46,913 nt of DNA from Deltaproteobacteria bacterium. GTDB lineage: Bacteria > Myxococcota_A > UBA9160 > SMWR01. Below are positions 20,888-28,058 of this stretch, piece after piece (within the stretch, counting starts at the first letter, position 1; every line of letters begins with the position of its first letter). The stretch is from the NCBI GenBank assembly GCA_032128115.1, contig JAQBHB010000060.1, positions 1 to 46,913 on the forward strand. Reading direction: 5' to 3'. The translations under genes were made by a program, and so were the position numbers. The notes under the pieces were generated by a model, which was given only the letters and a program-made list of their open reading frames with translations, was not told where the DNA came from and did no database searches.

Positions 20888-23401
20888 ATGCGAGAGGGGG
20901 GTGCGCCCCCGCCGGTCTACGCCGGGATCGCGCTGGCATCCGTGGGCGTGTTGATGCAGGAGATCCTGCTCACCCGGATCTTCTCGTTCACCATCTGGTA
21001 CCACCTGGCGTACCTCACCATCAGCACCGCCCTGCTGGGCTTCGGCGCCGCCGGTTCGATCCTGGCCCTCACGCCGCGGCTCCTTCACGGCGGCGCCCGG
21101 CGGCTGTGTGCCCTCGGCTCCGCGGGGGCGGGCGTGGCGCTGCTGGCGGCCATGGCCGTCCTGGGTCCGCACCCGATCAGTCCCGATGGCCTGATCGCCA
21201 CGCCGGGGCGTTTCTTCCTGGGATTGCTTGGCTACTACGCCGTGATCAGCGTGCCGTTCCTGCTGGCCGGACTGGCCGTTGCGGCGCCCCTGGCCGCCTT
21301 CCCCGCCAGCGCCAATCGCCTCTACGCGGCCGACCTGCTTGGCGCGGCCCTGGGCTGCGCCGCCGCCGTGGCGGCCCTGACCTTCCTGGACGGGGCCGCC
21401 TCGGTCGCCGTCTGCGCTGCGATCTTCGCGGCCGCCGGCGCACTCTACGCCCCCACCCGGGTGTTGCGGATGCGCCTGGCCGGCCTGGCCCTGGTGCTGG
21501 CGGTGGCGTCTCCCTGGGCCCACCGGGGCATCGAGTTTCGGCCGGCCGCCACCAAGACCCTCGCCATCGCCATGGACTCGGGCGCGAAAATCCTGTTCAC
21601 GCGCTGGAGCCCCGTGAACCGGGTGGATCTCTACGGATCGCCGCGGCAGGTGGGCGGATTCTGGACGGGCTGGGGACGCTCGGACGCCTACCTGAAGTCG
21701 CGCCCGCGGGTGCCGCGCACCCGCTCCATCGTGTATGACGGCCACAACGGCAGCGATGTCTTCCAGGTGCAGGACCGACGCTCGCTCTCGGTGCTCGACT
21801 ACCACGTGCTCAAGACCCCGTACCTCTTCCAGGAGAAGCCGCGGGTCCTGGTGATCGGCGTGGGCGGGGGCATCGACGTGCTGAACGCGCTCTATCACCA
21901 TGCCGAGAGCGTGACGGGGGTCGAACTGCAGCCGATCACCGTCGATCTCCACCACACCTTGTTGTCCGGCTGGACCGGGGGCTGGTTCCAGCGGCCCGAG
22001 GTCACGCTGGTGGCGGCCGAAGGTCGCCACTACGTGCGCTCCCACGACGACGAGTACGACCTGATCCAGATCACCGCCGTGGACACCTTCGCGGCCCAGA
22101 CCACCGGCGCCTACGTCCTGGCCGAGAGCTATCTCTACACCGTCGAGGCGTTCGAAGATTTCCTCTCGCATCTGGACGACGACGGCATGCTCTCGATCCT
22201 GATCGGCGACCACCTCTACAACGATCCGGCGATTCCCACGCCCTTCTCCACACGCCTGGCGCTGGTGGCGCGCGAGGCCCTGGAACGGCGGGGCGTCGCC
22301 AACCCCACCCGCCACATCCTGCTCAGCGGGCAGAGCATCCCGTTCGGGAGGCCGGCAGACGAGATCGTCTCGGGTGCGTGGATCCAGAGCCTGATCGTGA
22401 AGAACTCGCCGTTCCGCGACGAGGAGCTGGCGCGTCTGCGCGCGTTCAACGACGCGAACGGATTCGCCGTGCGCCTCGCGCCCGATGGGAAAGCGGGCGA
22501 CCCCACCCTCGAGCGCATCGTGCAGGCGAAGGGAAGCGAGCGCGAGCGCGTGCTCGACGAGCAGATCTTCTCCATGGCGCCGATCCACGACGACCGTCCG
22601 TTCTTTTTTCATGTGCTGCCGTGGGACGGGGTCGTTACCGACCGGCGCATCGAATGGAGCAATCCGGGCTCGGGAACCGGCCAGATCGTGCTGGCCATGA
22701 TGCTGGTGCAGTCGCTGCTGCTCGGCGGCCTGCTGATCGCACTGCCCCTGGTGCGCGGCGCCAGCCACGCGCTTCCGCGCCGCACCACCGCAGGCTTCCT
22801 GGTCTACTTCCTGGGTCTGGGACTCGGCTTCCTGCTGATCGAGATCAGCTTCGTGCAGAAGTACGTACTGCTGCTGGGCTATCCCACCTACTCGTTGTCG
22901 GTGACGATCTTCTCGCTGCTGCTGTTCGCCTCCCTGGGCGCCCTGACGGCGCGCCGGGGCTTTGGGCGGCCGAAACCCTTCCTGGTGGGTCTGGTGGCAC
23001 TCACCCTGGTGCTGGTGGCGCTCGAGGTGGTGGCCCTTCCGTGGATCCGCGAGCACACCCTGTCGGCTCCGCTGGCGCTGCGCATCGGCGTCACCGCCGC
23101 CCTTCAGCTGCCGCTGGGCTTCGTGCTTGGCATGTACTTTCCAACGGGGCTCGAGCTGCTGCGACAGCGCGAGCCGCGCCTGATCCCCTGGGCCTGGGCG
23201 GTCAACGGGGTGGCCTCGGTGGTGGCCTCGGTGCTCGCGGTGATCCTGGGCATGGTCATGGGTTTTTCGGGCGTGGCCATGCTCGCCGGCGGCATCTATC
23301 TGGTGGGCAGCCTGTCCCTGCTGAGCGTCCTCGGCGACGGCGCAGCGGCGAGTCGCGACGCCCCCGGTGACGGCGCAGCGGCGAGTCGCGACGCCCCGTG
23401 A
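20888..23401 (+). CDS. Polytopic membrane protein with central spermidine-synthase-like SAM-binding domain
   Basis: N-terminal TM bundle (EILLTRIFS, LYAADLLGA), VLVIGVGGGIDV, AEGRHYV, YDLIQIT.VDT, ESYLYTVEAF, DDRPFFF, C-terminal TM bundle (WAWAVNG). The ORF-track extension to 19841 is antisense to gor. Confidence 0.82.
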   Translation: MREGGAPPPVYAGIALASVGVLMQEILLTRIFSFTIWYHLAYLTISTALLGFGAAGSILALTPRLLHGGARRLCALGSAGAGVALLAAMAVLGPHPISPDGLIATPGRFFLGLLGYYAVISVPFLLAGLAVAAPLAAFPASANRLYAADLLGAALGCAAAVAALTFLDGAASVAVCAAIFAAAGALYAPTRVLRMRLAGLALVLAVASPWAHRGIEFRPAATKTLAIAMDSGAKILFTRWSPVNRVDLYGSPRQVGGFWTGWGRSDAYLKSRPRVPRTRSIVYDGHNGSDVFQVQDRRSLSVLDYHVLKTPYLFQEKPRVLVIGVGGGIDVLNALYHHAESVTGVELQPITVDLHHTLLSGWTGGWFQRPEVTLVAAEGRHYVRSHDDEYDLIQITAVDTFAAQTTGAYVLAESYLYTVEAFEDFLSHLDDDGMLSILIGDHLYNDPAIPTPFSTRLALVAREALERRGVANPTRHILLSGQSIPFGRPADEIVSGAWIQSLIVKNSPFRDEELARLRAFNDANGFAVRLAPDGKAGDPTLERIVQAKGSERERVLDEQIFSMAPIHDDRPFFFHVLPWDGVVTDRRIEWSNPGSGTGQIVLAMMLVQSLLLGGLLIALPLVRGASHALPRRTTAGFLVYFLGLGLGFLLIEISFVQKYVLLLGYPTYSLSVTIFSLLLFASLGALTARRGFGRPKPFLVGLVALTLVLVALEVVALPWIREHTLSAPLALRIGVTAALQLPLGFVLGMYFPTGLELLRQREPRLIPWAWAVNGVASVVASVLAVILGMVMGFSGVAMLAGGIYLVGSLSLLSVLGDGAAASRDAPGDGAAASRDAP
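23333..23398 (+). repeat. 33-bp in-frame tandem duplication encoding GDGAAASRDAP twice
   Basis: Copies at 23333-23365 and 23366-23398 with two mismatches. Confidence 0.9.
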
Positions 23402-24228
23402 CGCCTCGACTGGCCCTGCTGCTCGCGGCCCTGGCTGCCTGCGATGCTGGCACTTCCCACCCGGTCCCCCAGGTGGTGGTGTCGGTGCCGCCCCAGGCGT
23501 GGTTCGTAGAACGCCTGGCCGGAGACGCGGTAGAGATCGCGGTGCTCCTGCCGCCCGGCGCAAGCCCCGCGCACCACGAGCCCAGCATGCGCGAGCTCGA
23601 GGCCCTGGCGCGTGCGCAGTTGTACGTTCGCGTCGGGCATCCCGGGTTTCCGCTGGAGGGCGCCTGGCTCGACGCACGGCTGGCCGAGCGGCCCGATCTG
23701 AAGGTGGTGAGCGCCGCCGAGGAGCTGCCCGACGACGACCAGGATCCCCACACCTGGGTGTCACCGCGTCACGCGCGCGCGCTGGCCGAGGGGGTGGCCC
23801 GGGATCTCTCGCAACTCCTGCCCGAGCGCGTGGACGCCATCGCCGCCAACCTCGTGCAACTGCTGGCCGAGATCGACCGGGTGGATGCGGAGCTTCGCGA
23901 GAAGCTTGCCGACAAGCGGGGCGGTAGCTTCCTGGTCTTCCACCCCGCCTGGGGACATCTGGCCCGGGAGTACGGACTCGTGCAGGTCGCCATCGAGCGC
24001 GAGGGCAAGAACCCGGACCCGGCATCGCTAGCGCGCCTGATACGCGAGGCCCGGGACGCCGGTGTGCGCGTGGTGTTCGCACAGCCCCAGTTCGATCCGT
24101 CGGGTGCCCAGCTGGTAGCCGATGAGATCGGTGCCCGGGTCGAGATGCTCGATCCACTGGCCTACGACTGGCCCGCGAATCTCCGCCACGTGGGAGAGTC
24201 CCTGGCCAACGCCGTGGTGCTGCCGTGA
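23398..24228 (+). CDS. znuA: Zn/Mn ABC transporter substrate-binding lipoprotein
   Basis: Lipobox LAAC, GASPAHHEP, DPHTWVSP, VFHPAWGH; GTGA overlap with the upstream stop. Confidence 0.9.
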   Translation: MTPRLALLLAALAACDAGTSHPVPQVVVSVPPQAWFVERLAGDAVEIAVLLPPGASPAHHEPSMRELEALARAQLYVRVGHPGFPLEGAWLDARLAERPDLKVVSAAEELPDDDQDPHTWVSPRHARALAEGVARDLSQLLPERVDAIAANLVQLLAEIDRVDAELREKLADKRGGSFLVFHPAWGHLAREYGLVQVAIEREGKNPDPASLARLIREARDAGVRVVFAQPQFDPSGAQLVADEIGARVEMLDPLAYDWPANLRHVGESLANAVVLP

Positions 24229-24989
24229 CGACGCCCGCCCTCGAGCTGCGCGACGTGAGCTTTGCCTACCGGGAGATCCCGGTGCTGGAGAACGTGAGCC
24301 TCCGGGTCGAGCCCGATGACTACCTGGCGATCCTCGGGCCCAACGGCAGCGGCAAGACGACCCTGCTGCGCCTGGCGCTGGGCGTGCTGCGCCCGGATCG
24401 GGGATCGGTGCGGATCTTCGGCGAGCCGCCGGCGCGAGCACGCGGAAGCCTCGGCTACGTGCCCCAACGGGCGCGCTTCGATCTGGACTTCCCGATCCGC
24501 GTGCTCGACGTGGTGCTGATGGGCCGCCTCGGCGCCCGGGGCCTGGGCCGCCCCTTCGGCCCGGACGACCGCGACCACGCCCGGCGCGCCCTGGCCCGCG
24601 TCGAGATGAGCGACCTGGCCCACCGGCCCATCGGCGCGCTCTCGGAGGGGCAGCGCCAGCGGGTACTGATCGCGCGCGCCCTCGCCCAGGAGCCGCGGCT
24701 GCTGATCCTGGACGAGCCCATGGCGAGCCTGGACGAACGCATCGGACGCAGCCTCTGGGAGCTGCTCGGGGAACTCTCCCGGGAGATGGCGATCGTGTGC
24801 GTCTCCCACGACATCGGCGCCATCTCGCGCTATGTGCGCCGCGTGGCCTGCCTGAACCGGACCCTCCACGGCCACCCCTCCCAGGAGCTGAGTGCCGAGG
24901 TGCTGGAAGCCACCTACGGCTGCCCCGTCGAGTTGCTGGCCCACGGCCATCCCCATCGGGTGCTCCCGCCCCACGAAGGGGACTCCTGA
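24225..24989 (+). CDS. znuC: Zn/Mn ABC transporter ATPase
   Basis: GPNGSGKTT, GYVPQ, LSEGQRQR, LILDEP, VSHD, VACLN, His-rich tail. Confidence 0.92.
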   Translation: MTTPALELRDVSFAYREIPVLENVSLRVEPDDYLAILGPNGSGKTTLLRLALGVLRPDRGSVRIFGEPPARARGSLGYVPQRARFDLDFPIRVLDVVLMGRLGARGLGRPFGPDDRDHARRALARVEMSDLAHRPIGALSEGQRQRVLIARALAQEPRLLILDEPMASLDERIGRSLWELLGELSREMAIVCVSHDIGAISRYVRRVACLNRTLHGHPSQELSAEVLEATYGCPVELLAHGHPHRVLPPHEGDS

Positions 24990-25819
24990 TGCTGGAGGCC
25001 CTGGAGCTGCCCTTCTTCCAACGCGTACTGGCGGCGGGCCTGCTCGCCAGTGTGGCCTGCGGCGTGCTGGGCACGTACGTGGTCTCCCGGGGAATGGCGT
25101 CGCTCTCCGGGGGAATCGCCCACGCGGCCTTCGGCGGCGTGGGCCTCGGCTACCTGCTGGGCTTCCCGCCCATGCTGGGAGCGGCCGGCTTCGGGTTGCT
25201 CGCGGGCCTGCTGGTGGGCGTCGCGTCGCGGCGCCTGCAATCCGGACTCGACACCCTGATCTCCATGGTGTGGGCGGTGGGCATGGCCCTGGGCATCGTG
25301 TTCGTGGCCATGGCGCCCGGTTACGCCCCGGATCTCACCAGCTACCTGTTCGGCAGCCTGGTATTCGTGAGCCACGACTACGTGGTGCTGGTGTTGGCCC
25401 TCGATCTGGTGATCGGAGTCGGGGTCGTGCTGCTCTTCAAGGAATTCCAGGCCGTGTGCTTCGACGAAGAGTTCGCCCAGATCGCCGGGGTTCCCGTGGA
25501 GCGCCTGTTCCTGCTGCTACTGGCGCTCACGTCGCTCGCGATCGTGACCCTGATCCGGGTGGTGGGAATCATCCTGGCCATCGCGTTGCTGACCGTGCCG
25601 GCGGCCACCGCGCGCCACTGGTCGTCTTCGCTGGCGGTCATGATGGGCGTCGCCACGGCGATCGCCGCGTCGTGCACCACGGCCGGTCTGCTGCTCTCGT
25701 ACGAACTCTCCCGGTCCCACGGATGGTCGCTTCCGCCCGGGCCGCTCATCGTCCTGCTGGCTGCCGCGGTCTACGCCGTCTCCGCCGCGCTGCGCGGCCG
25801 GCGCGCCGGGTCGGGTTGA
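24989..25819 (+). CDS. znuB: Zn/Mn ABC transporter permease
   Basis: Start MLEALELPFFQR; GIAHAAFGG, SYLFGS, FDEEFA, VVGIIL, LTVPAA. Confidence 0.92.
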   Translation: MLEALELPFFQRVLAAGLLASVACGVLGTYVVSRGMASLSGGIAHAAFGGVGLGYLLGFPPMLGAAGFGLLAGLLVGVASRRLQSGLDTLISMVWAVGMALGIVFVAMAPGYAPDLTSYLFGSLVFVSHDYVVLVLALDLVIGVGVVLLFKEFQAVCFDEEFAQIAGVPVERLFLLLLALTSLAIVTLIRVVGIILAIALLTVPAATARHWSSSLAVMMGVATAIAASCTTAGLLLSYELSRSHGWSLPPGPLIVLLAAAVYAVSAALRGRRAGSG

Positions 25820-25825
25820 ACTCGG

Positions 25826-26428
25826 CTAGCGCCCCGTGAGCACGGCTTCTGCAGCGGCCTTCACCTCGGGGTCGGGGTGCGAGCGGAGCCTGCCCACGGC
25901 CGCGAGTGCCCTGGCGTCCCCGGTCTGGCCCAGAGCCTCGACCACGGCGACCAGGACATCCGGGTCGTCGTCGTCCACCGCCGCCAGAAGTGCCGGTACG
26001 CCGATCTCTGCGTCCCCAGCGCCCAACTGCGCCGCCGCAAAGGCCCGCATCTCCGCGGGCGAATTCCCCGCGAGGGTCTCGATGAACAGGCGCAGCTCGT
26101 CCGGCGTGTCGGGCTCCGGTTCAACCGCTGCGATCTGGGGGCGATCGGCGCCCACGGCCGCCACCCAGAGGGCCCCATCGGCAAACAGGTCTTCCATGAG
26201 CCAGACCTCGCCCGTCGACGAATCGGACCGCATCAGCGTGACGCCGCCCCGGGTTCTGGACTTGATCACGTTCACGCGGTAACGACCGGCCTGTTCCGCA
26301 TCACCCGCCCCGCCCGCCCGGCCGATCGACAACGGGGACGTCGCGGCGGTGAAGCCCTGGATCACCAGGGTCATCAGGGCCAGGGTGATGATGCCCAGCA
26401 GCAGGCGGCTGACGGGATCGGACTGCAT
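25826..26428 (-). CDS. Membrane-anchored protein with C-terminal HEAT repeats
   Basis: N-terminal TM helix, short beta module (GRYRV..MRSDSSTGEVW), HEAT repeats (VPALLAAVDDDDPDV..AVVEALG); SD AGGAGG. Confidence 0.75.
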   Translation of the reverse strand: MQSDPVSRLLLGIITLALMTLVIQGFTAATSPLSIGRAGGAGDAEQAGRYRVNVIKSRTRGGVTLMRSDSSTGEVWLMEDLFADGALWVAAVGADRPQIAAVEPEPDTPDELRLFIETLAGNSPAEMRAFAAAQLGAGDAEIGVPALLAAVDDDDPDVLVAVVEALGQTGDARALAAVGRLRSHPDPEVKAAAEAVLTGR

Positions 26429-26482
26429 GAAACCTCCTGGCGGCCCCGGAACGACACACGGGAGTCGATGCGGCGCTGCATG

Positions 26483-26522
26483 GAAAGAGAACGCCCCGGG
26501 CCCATTGGGGTCCGGGGCGTTC
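26483..26522 (-). terminator. Intrinsic terminator after the dockerin-cohesin operon
   Basis: Long GC stem GAACGCCCCGG...CCGGGGCGTTC followed on the minus strand by TCTTTCC, about 25 nt after the stop at 26547. Confidence 0.75.
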
Positions 26523-26546
26523 GATCATCAACCAGAGAAACTTGGC

Positions 26547-27368
26547 TTAGCGCTTGCGCAGAGATCCCCGGCGGGCGAGACCCACAGCGCCGAGCAGGCC
26601 GAGGCCCAGCAGCGCGGCCGTTCCCGGCTCCGGCACGAACACCAGGCTGTTCACGTCGCCGCCCACGACGCCGACCACGGTCTGCAGGGTCAGCGAATTG
26701 AACAGGAACGAGTCATTCGCGGTAAAGAATCCCGCGAAGATGTCCCGGCCGTCCGAGATGGCGTTGCCCGTCACGAACATCGTGAAGTTGCCGACGACAT
26801 AGGGATTGCCGCCCGAGTTGAGGCCAGTGCCGAGGGTGCTGCCCTCGAACTCGAGTGCCTCACCGCGCACGCCGCCCAGGGTGCTCTCTTGGGTCGACGT
26901 GATACCCGAGTTGAGCGGGGACAGCGTCTGAGCGCCCTGAGTGACTGAATTCAACTCGTTTGCCGCGACGAGGTTCAGCTCGTTCTGCAGGTTGCCGAAG
27001 TCGCCATTGGCGTCGATCGGGGTTCCGCTCTGCGTGTCGAAGAGCATCGAGTAGGTGAATGCCACCAGGCCGTCGTCATCCGTGTTCCCCGGGGTACCGT
27101 CGTCGTCCACCGAGATCAGGATCTGCCCGAAAATGGTGTCGCCAGGGGTTGCGCAGACGGAGTTGCTGGCGCCGAAGCCGATGCCCTCGGCACGTCCCAG
27201 CACGATATTGCCGGTGTTCCGGCCTGCATCCGCTGAACAGGCATCACCGGTGATGCTGATGAACCGGATGCCCATCGAAGCGAGCGCCAGTGAGGCCGAC
27301 GGCAAACCGAAGACCACCAGGCCAGCCAGCATCGCGAGTTTAAAGGTGAAAGTCCGCATGATCTTCAT
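26547..27368 (-). CDS. PEP-CTERM protein with cohesin-like beta-sandwich domain
   Basis: Signal peptide; C-terminal FVPEPGTAALLGLGLLGAVGLARRGSLRKR (clear). Cohesin-like strand pattern ATPGDTI / GLVAFTYSMLFD / ELNLV / VGNFTMFV / GGDVN (by eye, less certain). Alternative start at 27359. Confidence 0.85.
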   Translation of the reverse strand: MKIMRTFTFKLAMLAGLVVFGLPSASLALASMGIRFISITGDACSADAGRNTGNIVLGRAEGIGFGASNSVCATPGDTIFGQILISVDDDGTPGNTDDDGLVAFTYSMLFDTQSGTPIDANGDFGNLQNELNLVAANELNSVTQGAQTLSPLNSGITSTQESTLGGVRGEALEFEGSTLGTGLNSGGNPYVVGNFTMFVTGNAISDGRDIFAGFFTANDSFLFNSLTLQTVVGVVGGDVNSLVFVPEPGTAALLGLGLLGAVGLARRGSLRKR

Positions 27369-27439
27369 CTCCTATGGCCTCCGAAAAGGACCCTCTGAAG
27401 GAAAACAATAGAAAAACCCAAATCAAAAAATCAAATCTT

Positions 27440-27847
27440 CTAGGACCCACACACCGCAGCGGCTACACCCGTGGGACCGGGCTGCCCCAGGAAGCCAGTG
27501 CGGAAGCAGGCGAAGTCCGCATTGTTGACCGTACCCGAGCCATCACAGTCCACATTCGAGTCCGGGCTCGGAAGCAGAAAGTTGGGCCTGAAGATTGCGA
27601 AATCCGCGTTGTTCTGGTTGCAGTCGTTGTTGTAGTCGGTGTCGCAGATGTTGCCGTATCCGTCGCCGTCGACATCGAGATTGGTTGCGTCCGTCACGCT
27701 CGAGCAGGTGTCAGCATCCAGGCAGATGCCATCGTTGTCCGAGTCATCGCAAGGACCTGCGTCGGAAACGGGCGGAACACCAGCGACGATCAGGAACGCA
27801 AACCCCATTGCGAACGCCAGTGTAAGAGTCATTGCGCCGATTCTCAT
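27440..27847 (-). CDS. Small secreted protein: thrombospondin type-3-like repeats plus dockerin-like duplicated Ca-binding loops
   Basis: Start MRIGAM after AGGAGAGG; signal peptide; DSDNDG..D.C and DVDGDGYGNICD; loops DYNNDCNQNNADFAIFR and DCDGSGTVNNADFACFR; 8 Cys. Confidence 0.85.
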   Translation of the reverse strand: MRIGAMTLTLAFAMGFAFLIVAGVPPVSDAGPCDDSDNDGICLDADTCSSVTDATNLDVDGDGYGNICDTDYNNDCNQNNADFAIFRPNFLLPSPDSNVDCDGSGTVNNADFACFRTGFLGQPGPTGVAAAVCGS

Positions 27848-28003
27848 TGTTTCCTCTCCTCTCCCCTCGTTGTCTTGCCTTGCGGCGACCCGGATCGAAC
27901 CTGAGCCCAGCCGCGACGGGTAATCCACTCCTACGAGCCCAGCCTAGACACCCAACATCCCACCCTTCCCGAGGGGACGCCGAGCGCCTCGGGCATAGGA
28001 CTC

Positions 28004-28019
28004 TGCAAGGGGTATGCCG
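28004..28019 (-). promoter_or_regulatory. Sigma-54 (-24/-12) promoter for the dockerin-cohesin operon
   Basis: Minus strand CGGCAT-ACCCC-TTGCA, exact GG-N10-GC spacing, close to consensus TGGCAC-N5-TTGCW. Confidence 0.78.
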
Positions 28020-28058
28020 ATCTCGAGAAATACTCTAAGTAGCTGGAAAGATTGAAAT

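Noticed and set aside
27960..27995. GGGACGC-containing hairpin as a c-di-GMP riboswitch
   Set aside because: It is on the wrong strand for the downstream gene and lacks the GCAAA/GNRA elements.
27991..28008. Plus-strand GGCAT...TGCA as a second sigma-54 site
   Set aside because: GG to GC spacing is 11, not the required 10, and no gene follows on that strand.
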